A stretch of 64,000 nucleotides of DNA from Eledone cirrhosa (taxonomy: Eukaryota): assembly GCA_964016885.1 (NCBI GenBank), contig OZ024753.1, positions 3,286,001 through 3,350,000 of the forward strand. The letters run 5' to 3'. Below the pieces are notes generated by a model. That model ran no database searches. It worked only from the letters and a program-made list of their open reading frames with translations, and was not told the origin of the DNA. This document shows, piece by piece, positions 29,136-42,429 of this stretch. A program made the translations under genes and the position numbers. The stretch's first letter is position 1. Every line of letters starts with the position of its first letter.

Positions 29136-30594
29136 TAGTATACATGGATGTGTGCATCTGTTCATGCTTGTTGTGCCTGCAGCATATGTATGTGTGGTGA
29201 GGGATATCAGCCATGCTGTTTTTTGAATTAAAATCAAAACGCAGTATTCTCTATTGGCAGCGAAAATGTTATTTTATAGAAGAAATATTTTATGGCTGAT
29301 TGCCTTTTCTATGTCAAATATTTAGTTTTTAAATGGAGTTCAGTAGGGCCAATAAGAACAATGATATGGAGTGAATGATATAGAGACATTCATAAATGTA
29401 AGAATACTTTCACCTCATGTTGCTGTATATGTCTGACATAACCTTTTACAAGAAAGATTCATGATTAAAATCAAAACTATTCTTCCTGCTTATATATGTA
29501 TTAGAAGAGTAATTAATAAAACTCCTGTTATAGAAATATTTTCATACAGAGAAATAACTATATTGTATGATTCCCTTGCCAAAGGAGTATTGATTGGTGT
29601 TAGGTGAAATGACAATAGAAAATTGCTTGACCACACAATAACTGATTTTCGTGTTTTGCACAAATGATTTGATTAATCGCCAATAAAATGTCATATCAAT
29701 GTTCAAGTTAAAAGTCATGTAACTAACAAAGAACCACCTTTGATCAGTTTAAATCAGGTCAGGTAATCTTACAGCCTTTATAAAACATTCTGAAAATAGA
29801 ATAATGTTATAAAATATATCTGTGATTATTATATTATTTCTTTATCTGCCATCATAACCCTTCTGTTTTTAATTGTGATCATAACAACCCCATAAAAATA
29901 AAAGCTCTCTAGTGTGGATGCCACTATGACAGGAACCAAATACACTCAGTAAAATGAGTTGTGTTTGAACAGTAACAACATAATTCACTCTGTAAAGTGG
30001 TTGACAATAGTGAAGCCATCCAGCTCTAATGGCCATTCCAAATAAGGGTAGCTAGTCATGAGAGGGACAAGTGAATCTCCATTGTGCTGGTGACAAGAAA
30101 ACTAACAACAAGATGGTTGACATTGAGAATGGCATCTAGTTGTAGAATCAATGCAAAGATAGAATATATTTGAGTGAAGCTGACTTGAACAGTAACAATA
30201 TGTCAAAAGCATTCCAGTGTTAGGATGCGGACCACATAGTTATATAGTCAACTACTACCACAACCCCATGGTGTATAACTCTTAACTAACCTCTTCTATC
30301 TAATCTCAGTAACTATTACTTTAACTATTACCTCATTCTTATTTTACAGATAAGTGGTTATGAAGAAAGCTCAGCTATATAAAGCAACTACAACAAACTA
30401 TGCCACAAGTGTTAGCACGTTATAAGAAAGCAAAATACAGAAATATATTATATTGTTTTACAGGTTTCAGATTTGTCTGCAGCCATGTCATGGATATATA
30501 TATATATATGTGTATGTGTGTGTGTATATGTGTGTGTGTGCGCGTATTCATACATACATACATACAAATATACATACAGACATACATACATATG

Positions 30595-30633
<39 letters not shown>

Positions 30634-30671
30634 GTATATACACATACATACATATGAATATATATATATAT

Positions 30672-31222
30672 GGTGGCTGCCAACTCGTTTTCGAGTACGG
30701 CCACTACTTTATATCCATGTAGGAGAACCCCTACCGATGTGCTGAACGAGTGTGACATTTTAGTCCAGCCAGCGACTTGAAAACTCTGGTACAAACACTA
30801 CACCTGTGACAATTATTGACACATAGTGCTGGGCCCATGGTACAATGTGACGACAAGTGCAGAGAGATCTCCAGATATAAAGCAATGCCTGTGCCGTGAA
30901 GCTTTTATAGTGAGCAAAGGCACTGTACAAAGCCAGTCCCACTCTCTTAACCAAGATGATATTTACCAAAAAGAAGAACAAGTCAACATCATTGGATACC
31001 ATCAGGGTTGCAGGTGTTATATCAGAGTTTTCCTTCTCCTAGAATTCTGCCTTGACAAAAGCTAAGGGGTCATCTCTCCTGGTGATTTTGGATGGCTATT
31101 GACGCTTAAGAGCTCCTTTGCATTTTGACAGGTTTTGTTTTTAGTCCTGCAGGATGTCCAAAGTCACCCTCCTCACCAAGAAACCTTGGTGGGGTTGCCA
31201 GTTTAGTCGTCAACGACCCGAC
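30672..31222 (-). mobile_element. Bipartite non-autonomous RTE-derived retroelement
   Basis: Near-identical to 51606-52123. RTE-like 5' UTR motifs (TCTAGGAGAAGGAAAACTCTG) joined to an ORF C-terminus CSVCTRVFKSLAGLKCHTRSAHR* (30802-30731). Confidence 0.75.
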
Positions 31223-31538
31223 ATATATATATATATATATATACATACTTACATATGAATATATATACATATATATACATACATACATATGAATATATAT
31301 ACATATATATACATACATACATATGAATATATATACATATATATACATACATACATATGAATATATATACATATATATACATACATACATATGAATATAT
31401 ATACATATATATACATACATACATATGAATATATATACATATATATACATACATACATATGAATATATATACATATATATACATACATACATATGAATAT
31501 ATATACATATATACATATATATACATACATACATATGA

Positions 31539-31576
<38 letters not shown>

Positions 31577-31975
31577 ATACATACATACATATGAATATAT
31601 ATATACATATATACCCTCCTCACCAAGAAACCTTGGTGGGGTTCCAGTTTAGTCGCCAACGACCCGACATATATATATATATATATATACATACTTACAT
31701 ATGAATATATATACATACATACATATGAATATATATATACATATGAATATATATACATATATACATATATATACTTACATACATATGAATATATATACAT
31801 ATATATATATATTTACATACATATGAATATATATAATTATATTTACATACATACATACATATGAATATATATACATATATATTTACATACATACATACAT
31901 ATGAATATATATACATATATATTTACATACATACATACATATGAATATATACACATATATATACATATGAATATA
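31223..31975. repeat. ~34-bp minisatellite (ACATATGAATATATATACATATATATACATACAT) with a duplicated element end at 31612-31668
   Basis: Direct inspection. Confidence 0.9.
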
Positions 31976-32019
31976 TGTACATACATACGTGTATATATAT
32001 ATTTTTTTTTCAGGAATAT

Positions 32020-32180
32020 TGTCTGTACCAAAGTGTGAATGTACATGATGTATTTAGTATGTTTGAGTGCCTAATATTCCTGAAGAATATATATACACAC
32101 GTATATATATTCTTCAGGAGTATCAGGAATTCAAACATATTAAATACATCAACATGTACATTCACACTTTAGTACAGACA
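32020..32180. repeat. Imperfect inverted repeat
   Basis: TGTCTGTACCAAAGTGTGAATGTACATG ... CATGTACATTCACACTTTAGTACAGACA. Confidence 0.8.
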
Positions 32181-32233
32181 TGTACATAAAAACATGGATA
32201 GACATGTATATATATAAACATAGACATGTATAT

Positions 32234-32523
32234 ATTGTTCCTCCTCTTGACTGTACATACATATTATGGCTTTTGTCATTACCATCATTTGTTTAGCAGG
32301 TTGTTTGTTTGTTTGATATGGAATTCTCAGGTGTGTCTGATGTCTATGTTTATATATATATAAACATAGACATGTATATATATAAACATAGACATGTATA
32401 TATACAAACATAGACATCAGACACACCTGAGAATTCCATATCAAACAAACAAACAACCTGCTAAACAAATGATGGTAATGACAAAAGCCATAATATGTAT
32501 GTACAGTCAAGAGGAGGAACAAT
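32234..32523. repeat. Inverted repeat with ~118-bp arms, apparently perfect
   Basis: Arms 32234-32351 and 32406-32523; the spacer consists of TATATAAACATAGACATG units. Confidence 0.9.
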
Positions 32524-32779
32524 TTCTAAGATACAATTACATCGTAGAAGAGATTCATTTTATCCATTTATGAATACACAAAATCTGCCATGTAAACACT
32601 TTTCCTTCGTATCTATCTTAATACTACTGTTTATTAACTGAACGTATTTTGGTGAACCTCTGTGACCTGTCCATTAATATAATTCCTCAGTATCCAAATG
32701 GAAATAACAGTACAAAAGTATTTTCAGCTTCAAACCGAACTATGTATGTGTGTGTATATATATATATTCAGAATGAGTT

Positions 32780-33030
32780 CAGATCTAGCGGTCAAAACGG
32801 CCGGAGCCCAGCCGTCGGGGTCTTGACTCTTTTCCTATACATATATATAGGGTTTGGTAAAAGCCCAGCTGGACCATAACCCACGAGAGTACTATTTACT
32901 TGGGGTAGTAGAGTGTGTAATATGAAAATATTCAGGACCCTGACGGCTGAGTTCCAGCCATTTTGGCAGCCAAATCTGGGCTGTCGAAACGGCGGGAGCA
33001 GAGCCATCGGTCGGGGTCATGAATCTTTTC
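32780..33030. repeat. GC-rich palindromic repeat units (one full hairpin at 32924-33030, one half copy at 32780-32834)
   Basis: GAAAATATTCAGGACCC...CAGCC-loop-GGCTG...GGGGTCATGAATCTTTTC. Confidence 0.6.
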
Positions 33031-33839
33031 ACAGAGAGAGAGAGAGAGAGAAGCTGCATAAAAAGTGCACAGAAACCAAAGGGGGTGGGACCCGTGGAGT
33101 AGGTTGACTGAGTAAAATTTGAGATGTGGTTGCGAAGACCAACCTTTAAACACTAAAACTCACAACAGAGATTTCAAAAGATCACAAAGACTGGCACTAT
33201 GCTGTCCTGGTGAAGACTCAGCATATAAGGTGTCCTGATTTATCTCGGTGTTCCCCTCCTTCCTCCTACTACTAGAAAAAACTGGCAGTTATCCTCACCA
33301 TCACTATACACCCTCATCTCATTTCATGCCTCCTCCACTATGACTTCGTTACTGCTACCCCTCTATCACACCATAGTAACTAAACCCTACACCACCATGC
33401 ACCCCTTCCATGCCCCCTACACTCTCAGTCTCTAGCGATCACCTTCATCAATATACCTCCCCTACCTGGCATTAGTTAGTGCCATCCCCAGCCATCCATG
33501 ACCACCCCACCACTATTTCTGTTTAGATTCTCTCACCTCCATATTCCCCTATGCTATCAAAAGTCACCCATTTCCCTTCCTTACTCATAACCTTGTCAGA
33601 TGAAAGGGTTGGTATTAGGAAAAGCAGCCTGCTGAAATCATTGTCTGAAACCACCCTGTCCAAACCCAGTTTAGAAAATTGTTCTCAGAAGTCCCTTAGT
33701 TTCTGAAAGATATGAGGTTTAGTTGTTGTAGCAGCCACTGGCGTCTGGATACACTACATGTTCTATGAAATACATAATCCCTCAGCATTTCCAAAGTTTA
33801 AATTATATCTATGCATACATGTGTACATACACCATCTTC

Positions 33840-34030
33840 GCTCACTTATTCCTGAGAGTGTCGTGGAGGCATAGTCCTGAAACACTCCTTCCAGCGGGTC
33901 CTGTCAGAAGCAACAGTTTCCACCTGACCCAGCTGGATCCCCAAACGATACCAGCCAGGTCATGGATGTTATCCAACCATCTTGCTCGGGGTCTACCCCT
34001 GGATCTCTTGCTCTCACACGTTGACATGTG
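33840..34030 (-). pseudogene. 3' end of an RTE/BovB-like LINE
   Basis: SKRSRGRPRARWLDNI matches the RTE C-terminal motif GKRxRGRPRxRWxDxI. Confidence 0.75.
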
Positions 34031-35880
34031 GATTTAATGTAAGAGACATCTAAAAATGAGATTTGTTTTGAATTCAATACTTTATTTGAGCTTATTTTCC
34101 TCACTCAAGAGGAATAAAAGATAAATTTAAAACGAGAGATGATAAAACTTAGTGAAAAAAATTAGAATAAAGTTCCTTGTTTGTAATTCTACTGACATAG
34201 CCATCACCCATACTAATATTGGACAAATATGCATATGGATAAATATATTCAGAAGCTGAATCTTTTTCATATATTTACTTTTTAGGTTTGCTGTCTCCAT
34301 CTGTACTTCTGAATTACAATATATCATAAGCAATTATAAGCTTTCTAAAAAGCCTTATTATGGACAGTTTTATTTTATTTTATTATTTCATTTCATGTTT
34401 GTTTTGATTTTACTAATACATTTTTATTTATTTTTATTAAGAAAAAAAAAACTAAAATTCACTTAGGAGTCCTGGTTTATGCATAGAATTATAAAAGAAT
34501 GTGTAAAAAAAAAAAAAATAGCATAGATTCATAATTTATATTTTCTTTTCTTTTCCTGGGAAAAAGAAAACAACAAAGTATATTTATAGTAAGTTGCTAA
34601 TGGAAGAATACGTGACATCACATAGATAATACTTCGGAATAAAAGTACAAATAATGATATGCAGATGTGCCTATATACAAGATCTTACAATTAAGATAAA
34701 GATATACCTATACAATAATGCACAAATGAACCCCTGTGTGTGCATATGTAAACATACATATATATTTGTGTACTTCCTTTATATATATATATGTATGTAT
34801 GTGTGTATGTGTGTATGTGTGTGTGTGTGTGTCTGTGTGTATGCGTGCGTGCGTGCGTACGTATATGTTATTTACACACACCCACAAATGTATATAGATT
34901 TATGTTTTGTATTTTGTTATGTGCTGTTTGGAATAACTCAAATACATATGAGCACAGACAATAAGTTGTGTTGGTAAACTATTTCAACAACAAACACAGT
35001 AAAAAAAATATAAAGAACTATGGATTCTAGAAATTGGAAGATTGCCAAAAATCAGACAATCTCCAAATTCATTGTTCAGTAGTTATTCTGCCAAGATTGG
35101 TTAAAACTTTTAATGATTTCAAACTTCTTTATTTGTTAGAAAAAATATTTTATAAACTGAGTGGGTACAGCATTAGACTATGTCAAGGATTTCCCGGGTT
35201 CAATCCCACTGTGGGGCGTCCTTGGTAAGTGTCATTTACCATAACCTTGGGTTGACCCTTTCCTTGTAAGTGATATTGGGTAGGTGGAAAATGTTTGGAA
35301 GATCATCAGATGGACTATTGTACCTCCAATTCAACACACCAGACATTACTCTGAGAATTACGTTATATATACCGACTCTGTAGAATAGTAAGCCACTTAA
35401 ATTTTAAATTCACAAGTGGGCTGTTGCATTGGTGGAACAGCTGGAACTCTCATCGTTGCCACTGATGGAACTATATTTCAAATAATTATATTGTTCTCTC
35501 TAAACTACGAAAACACACATCTATTTGTATAGACGCTACAACTTATGCACATGTTATGTTTATCGCATATCGAATATTTCTGACATTTTAGAGTGCTCTA
35601 AGCTAAACTAATCACAACTAAATTGACCTAAGTTGGCACCCCCAATTCAGAAATGTTTCCACTGTATATGAATTAATACTTTCAGCAAAATCTCAAGATA
35701 TATCAGTATAATATAATCAGTATACTATAAACATATCATTAATTAATGACAGTATAACTTTTTGAACTTCCTTTATAACTGCCGATTTTGTAATGAAATT
35801 TAATATTGTTTCCGTGGTGATATAGATTAAAATTATGTTGATAACTCTTTTAAAAAATAAATGTTTTAAAATACTTTCAT

Positions 35881-36057
35881 GGGCGGTGGATTGGCAATAT
35901 CGGTAGAGGATCTGACGACATGATTTGCAGCAAAGAGTTACGGCCCTTCGTGGTCTGAGTTCAAATCCCACCGAGATTAACTTTGCCTTTCATCCTTATG
36001 GGGTCGATAAAATAAAGTACCAGTAATACACTTGTGCCAAACGTAGAAACAATTATT
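35881..36057 (+). mobile_element. SINE family B
   Basis: Full head GGCGGTGGATTGGCAATATCGGTAGAG, B-box and central domain. Confidence 0.8.
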
Positions 36058-36509
36058 CTATATATAAATAGGGAGACATAATCAGACTTTGTTTACAAAT
36101 GGCTAGCGAATTTGGAAATTAGGTAGTAACATGTGCTTACGCTGTTTTGACTAATTAGAATTAGTCTGTTAGTTGGGATTTTAAAAAAACCCTCTGAATG
36201 GAAAAAAGGAAGAGAATTGATGTACATGGAACCCACATATTTGGTTTTCCGAACTATTACACCAATACGCCACCCATTCTTCCTTCCATTCAATTAGAAG
36301 CTATATAACCATAGCAGGCTCTGTTTACAAACGGCTAGCGAATTTGAAAATTAGGTAGTAACATGTGCTTTAAACATGTCATTAAGTATATGCATCAATA
36401 AAAGGAAATGTTGTCTGAGGTGGACAGTTAAACGGGATTAGCAAGGTGATAGGAGCTTGAAACGTACCTCCCATATTGTGTAAAGTTGAAACTAACCCTC
36501 AGTAACACC

Positions 36510-36626
36510 CAGTGTCGGATCTACCGTTATTCGGGGGGGGGGGGGGGGGCATCTTCCTACCCAAAACAATTTTTACGATGAATTTTTCAAATGTTTGGGG
36601 CATCATTTGTCCTAAATCCGGCACTG
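36510..36626. mobile_element. hAT-type MITE (117 bp)
   Basis: TIRs CAGTGTCGGATCTA / TAAATCCGGCACTG; exact 8-bp TSD GTAACACC. Confidence 0.85.
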
Positions 36627-36817
36627 GTAACACCCATATAATAAATATTTATTACACATATCGCACTAAATCTACAGCTCAAAATAAATTGAATTTCAGA
36701 TGTCAACAAATGGGAAGGGAAGACAATGTATTTTGTTGTATATTGGGAAAAAAACATTAAAGAACAGTAAGAAAGTTAAATATATACAGAAGAAATATAA
36801 TATTCATAAAATCTTAC

Positions 36818-36971
36818 CTATTGCTAATAAGTCTACGAATAAGTAATAATATAGTAATCCTGTGTAATCCTGCGTACGAACAAGTTCATAATATTGAAGT
36901 AGAATGGTATAACTCGTGATAATAAAATGAGTTATAAAAAGTAAAGCTACTTCACAGAAGTTTAATAACAT
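36818..36971 (-). CDS. Candidate first coding exon, unknown (hydrophobic) protein
   Basis: ATG at 36971, open frame MLLNFCEVALLFITHFIITSYTILLQYYELVRTQDYTGLLYYYLFVDLLAI, donor AG|GTAAGA (phase 1); lies at the CpG transition. Confidence 0.3.
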
Positions 36972-37039
36972 TTAAATTATCTTTAATTTCGTTTTGACAA
37001 ACTTATTTCCTAATCATTTTAATCTGTTCTATTTTGTTC

Positions 37040-37330
37040 TGCACACGTCAAATACATGGCGGGAATTGTTCGTCAAATCACACTTTTATATATTTATTTG
37101 CATATTTAGTATTTGATTGGTTAAGACAGTTGACACTTCCCATACTCATCATCATTAATGTCAGAAAGCGACAAGTATTTCCACCTTTAAAAAACGAAAA
37201 ACCTGAAAGGAATTAACTAAATTTATTGCAAAATATTTGTATGAAAATAGTGTAAAGCTTCGCCCCCGTCTTCGCATAATATCGGCCCCACATTTGTCAG
37301 CGTAACGAATTTGCAAGCAGTAAAAGAATT
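37040..37330. promoter_or_regulatory. Putative promoter region
   Basis: CATGGCGGGAA (YY1/E2F-like), GATTGG (CCAAT box) and a local CpG cluster, just upstream of the candidate minus-strand exon. Confidence 0.35.
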
Positions 37331-37545
37331 CTGATTACACTTGCTAAATATTAAGTCGAAAGAAAGAAAATAAAACCTAATATGTTAACCCATAGCTGTT
37401 CTATATTCTTTACATGCCATACAGTCTGTTGCGAATGAAAGTTAAATACATTTTTGAACCAACGTAGACAAGAGCTAGACGACTTAAATGGGTGTTTTAC
37501 CTTCACTTATTATTCCAGCAATCATGTTTTTAATATGCACTCCTG

Positions 37546-37718
37546 TAGACCTGTCAATTCTCACCGTCCGACTGGGAAATCTCCCACCCTCTTTGGGGTT
37601 GTTGAGAGATGCCTTCTCTTGCGAAAATGGGTATAGCTTTCATTATATAAAATCTCCCCATTTTGCCTCAATTTTTCATGGTACACCTCGTTTGGGTTTC
37701 TAGAGGTTGGCAGGTCTG
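37546..37718. mobile_element. MITE, hAT-like TIRs
   Basis: TAGACCTGTCAA ... TTGGCAGGTCTG; TSD not clean. Confidence 0.5.
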
Positions 37719-37856
37719 CTCCTCGAAAAGATGAAAGGCAAAGTTTACTTCGGTGGGATGTGAAATCAGAACGTGAGGAAAAGGTTGGAACAAATATTGC
37801 TAAGCATTTCTCCGACGTCCCAAGGACTCAGCCAATCCACTGCCCACCGCCATAAT

Positions 37857-38083
37857 AAATAATTGTTTGTACTGTTGACACGAGGCCAGCAATTCTTTTT
37901 TTTTTGGGGGGGGGGTCGATTAAATCGACTCCAGTTCGTTACTGGTACCTTATTTTATCGATCCCGTACGAATGACAGACAAAGCTAACCTCTGCGGAAT
38001 TTGAAATCAAATCTCGTAAAGGGACGTAACTATATGTCGCAAAGCATGTTGTCCGACTTCCTGCTGATACTGCTAATTCACCG
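37857..38083 (-). mobile_element. SINE family B
   Basis: Reverse complement of family sequence; a further fragment lies at ~37725-37845. Confidence 0.7.
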
Positions 38084-38904
38084 TCATCGTCCATTACTAG
38101 ATAATGATTATATTTTACACTAGTTCATGGGTTAGTGCGTTAGCCTTTTACATTCCGAGTTCATATCTCAATTGGCCATCTTTGCCTTTCATAATTCTGT
38201 GGTCGATAAAAGTATTAATAAAGTACTGGTGTCGATGTAATCGATTTTCTCCTCAAAATTAGAAATCCTTTTACACTAGTTGTCTCGTGAATTTAGAAGG
38301 AATATTTTATTCGTTTCACTTCCAGGGCTTGGCTGGAATTTATCCAAACTGGGTGAATGAAAGATAAAATCTACCAAGTTCTAGAGTAAGACCTTCAGAG
38401 GGACCACCATTTTATGGGCCCTGATTTAACTGCAACATTGCATCAGAGGACATATTAAATTCAACACGAAGATAGAAAAAAATCCATATTTTTCATACTA
38501 CCCTAAGCTCGTGATTATTTTGTTTAATGGCTTAGTGTACCCTAGTGGATTTAAACTCAGAAAGGTAATTAAATATCGCTGCAAGGTCTTTTAAATAATT
38601 TATTGGAAAAGTGGGTTCATTGTCAGTCACATCTGTGGCACAATTCAATTCTAAGTTGAAAGGTAAACGGAAATAATTACCCCCCATCCCCACCTGCACA
38701 AAAAAACCTACTTTTGGCTAGAAAAGTATTTCAAACCAGAATTTAGTGTTTTCAGTATTTTTATTTTTAAATATTGAAGATCTTTAAAGATATGTGCTTT
38801 CATTGTTTTAAATAAATTATTACATTGAGATAAAATGTGACTTTCTTTCCGGATGTTATGATACACAAATAAAAAAGCATTAACTTCATAAATGAATGAT
38901 GCAT

Positions 38905-39088
38905 TTACATCGAGAAAGAATCATTTTAGCCATTAAGGGCCTAGAGAAAAGCTGTTAAATTTACTTTACATTCATCATTTATTTCTTGGCGACGGAAATA
39001 TTGACACCAAGAAATAAATGATAAATGTAAAGTGAATTTAGTCGATTCTGTGTATTTTAAATGGTTAACATGACTCTTCCACTATGTA
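38905..39088. repeat. Old fold-back/MITE-like inverted repeat
   Basis: Core arms TAAATTTACTTTACATTCATCATTTATTTCTTGG / CCAAGAAATAAATGATAAATGTAAAGTGAATTTA, with more diverged outer arms. Confidence 0.65.
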
Positions 39089-40789
39089 ATTGCTTTATTC
39101 ACATACTGTCTGAGATTATGTCATTTGACAGACAATCACAACTCTAAAAGAAATATGGAAATCACAAAAAATGTTTCTGTCTATCTCATTTACGTATTTA
39201 ATATTATAAGAAAAAGAAAAAAATATCTACCATTAAGGACATAATCTGTTACAAGCGATCCCAGATTTGTCGACGCTTCGACAGCAAATGATTTTATGAA
39301 AACATGTTAGTATGAAAATTGCATAACATTTGGCCTCTGTCTTCATCTAATATTGGTCTCTTAAACTGGCAAATGAAATTATTTTTCAGCGAATAAAATA
39401 AATGAATGCAATTATTGTGATAGGTGAACGATTGAGGAATTTCGAATGACTTAATATTCACAGATATTTTTTTTTTATATACCTTATGAAACATTACCAC
39501 TGAAGTGGTTGTGAAGATTTTATTGTTTTAATAGCAGTGGAACTGGAAATTTAATACGATTTGTCTCTTTACAATACGGTTTTCTAATTTGAAAGTAGTA
39601 AGATTTTTCCCAAATGTACTGTAATATAATTTTTATGGGAGACCGGACTAGTTAGTGGGACCATAAATTTATATATGGCAGCATTAAAGAACTGCCGTAG
39701 GTAGCTGTTGAACTATGACTGCTTTGACTCCATGTAACCAATTTAGCAGCTTTTCTGCGAGAACTAAAATTCTCTGATATTTACGTTACGCAAATCTACC
39801 AACATTTATTTACATCATACAACGTTAATTCTTGTTAGATTCCTGAACCTAGTTTTAGGTTGCGTCCTCGAGCAAGAAACTTTATTTCATGTAGCTCTAA
39901 TTCACTCTGGTGGGTAAAAATACGTTGCAATACCTCTAGGGCGAAATTATCGGCTTTTTCCCTTGGTCAACATCAGTGGTGTGAATAGGAAAACTGGCAC
40001 GTTATAGGCGACACCTAGGTTTGAAGAGGAGATTTCAAGCCCCGTTTTTAAGCAATATATAGTTAGGTGGTCTCCTTTTCTGCATTTTCTATTTTAGTGA
40101 GTTCCGTGTTTTGTAAGTTGGGTTTGGTAATCCTTGTTAGATCATCTTTGTTAAGAACAGAACCAATTTGAAGAGGGAACAGGACAAGGGTGTGTGTTTG
40201 TGATGACTTATTCCAGTTGATTAGATCAGAGTGTTCGTGAAATTAAGGAGCAAGTGTCTGAGCATTCTACAGGCACGTGTACTCTTAATGTAATTATCAG
40301 GTAGTTTCATCGCGACACAGTAATACGACCGGTCTTTCGAATTATGGGTACAAGCAATTTTTGACGGCTGAATAGAATGTTCGAGCGTGCAATAAAGTAT
40401 TAACTTGTATTGTGTTAGAAGTATTTCATTATAGCTTAATTTCGGAGTGGATGGTGAATAAAAAAAATGAACATAGTGTACATCTATATTACATGAATAT
40501 ATATATATATACAATGATATTAAATAAATGTAAACTATATTTATAAAACCATATTTATTCTATTATATATATTTCAAGGATGCCAACATTTTGGTACGCT
40601 ATCTTCAGATAAGATACAAAATGTTTTATAAATATTTGACATAACCAAGGATAATATACCTTAACGGTCTAAGTTATCCCTGGAAATTTAATATCATTGA
40701 ATATTTACTCCAGAAATCTGTCGAATGCTCTGAATCAGTTATAAACATTTATATTTGTTGTATTTCCAATAAATTAAATATCCCTTCTA

Positions 40790-40876
<87 letters not shown>

Positions 40877-40984
40877 GATGTTTCCTTCGGCTGCTTACTG
40901 ACTGTGTTCGAATTCCGCCAAGGTCAGTATCGTTTTGTGGTTGATAAAATAAAGTACCAGTCTAGTCTAATTATAAAGACTATC

Positions 40985-41252
40985 TTAAGCCAGAAGGCTC
41001 GTTAGGCCGGTGCTTATCCTGGTTTGATGGCATGAAGCAACTGAAAGTACAAGACTTCCTCCTGGACAGGACGCCAGTCCATCGGAAGGGTTAAAGCCCC
41101 ACCCATTGCTGGTACTCCTTGTCAGCTGTGTATACTGGAGCAAAGTGAAATGAAGTGTTTTGCTCAAGAACACAACACGTACCCCAGTCCAGGAATCGAA
41201 CCCATGACATTATGATCGTAAGTCCAAGACACCACTAGGCAACGCACCTCCA
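40985..41252 (-). mobile_element. SINE family C (CORE-like, GATGGACTGGCGTCCTGTCCAGG domain) nested in a family B SINE
   Basis: Reverse complement of the 42430 copy; host SINE halves at ~40900-40965 and ~41256-41335 with repeated AGTCTAGT. Confidence 0.8.
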
Positions 41253-42001
41253 CGAAGTCTAGTACTGGGGTCAATTTAACCGACATTTCATTCTCCCCAC
41301 ATTGCTTGCTTTGTATCTATGCTAGAAAGCATTATTGCATCTGAATTTCACTGTCCGCAATACACAGCCTGTCCTTAGATTATTTAAAGATTAGTTTAAC
41401 CGTACTGTATAGAGTGGAATTCTATATTTAGTATGCACTTTATTCACATAATGTACATATATGCGCAGACTTCTATTGGCTGGCTGTAACACAGAAGTTT
41501 AATGTTGCATATTTTGTCAGTCATTCAGGAATGGTAATTTAAAAGCGTCGGTTAATATGTTCATTCCAAGCGAAGATCAAAGAAAAAATACTATGATATC
41601 TATGGTTCCAGGGATACGCTTGACTGAATTGCCAATGATTGGGATTGTTTCAGAATTTATTTAAAAAAACGCAATCAACTACATATTCCAGTGTGTCTTT
41701 CCTTTTCTTCTTGCTGGTAGAGTGATTTAGGGTAATTTAAGTGCCTTTTTGAAGCTGTTCAATTCATTGCTTAGAGACTCCATCATTAGCATTGTTTATG
41801 ATGGTTGTGGTGGTATACTATGGCAGGATATACTAAATATTGGTGGAATAAACTTCAATATTGTTTTATAATAGCAGTATTCTCCTTCTTCGTCTTTAAC
41901 ACACGATAGAAACTTAGAAGTGTCGTCCTGAAATATTGCGTCTCTTAGGTCATCTTAAATCTGGTAGATCTCAATCCTCTTCATGTCGGAACACAGCCGA
42001 A

Positions 42002-42036
<35 letters not shown>

Positions 42037-42135
42037 TTCCTTCTTCTACTTCTAGAAGGAGAGATAGAGGAAGCGAGTGAGAGAGAGTGATCCCGATCTG
42101 TACGTGTAGGATTTGAAACATGTTAAGATCCAAAA

Positions 42136-42352
42136 GGGTGGTGGATTGGTAGTAGCGGCTGAGCTTCGGAGAACTTGCTTTACGGTATAGAGTTACGGCC
42201 CTTTAAGTTTTGAGTTCAAACACCGCCGTGTTTAGCTTTGTCTTTCACCCTTTGTCGATAAATTAAAGTACCAGTAATGCACTGGGGTCAATTTAATCGA
42301 CTTAAACCTCCCCCAAAAATGGTTGGCCTTGTGCCTAAATCAGAAACCATTA
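42136..42352 (+). mobile_element. SINE family B
   Basis: Diverged full-length copy. Confidence 0.7.
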
Positions 42353-42429
42353 TGTTAAGATCCGGAATAATTACTTCAATGGGATTTTATTTGAGGCTCT
42401 ACCAATTTTACCAATCCACCACCCTCTTT

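Noticed and set aside
40578-40610. Possible hammerhead relic on the minus strand (CTGAAGATAGCGTACCAAAATGTTGG)
   Set aside because: GAAA and the cleavage triplet are not intact; it requires several assumed mutations.
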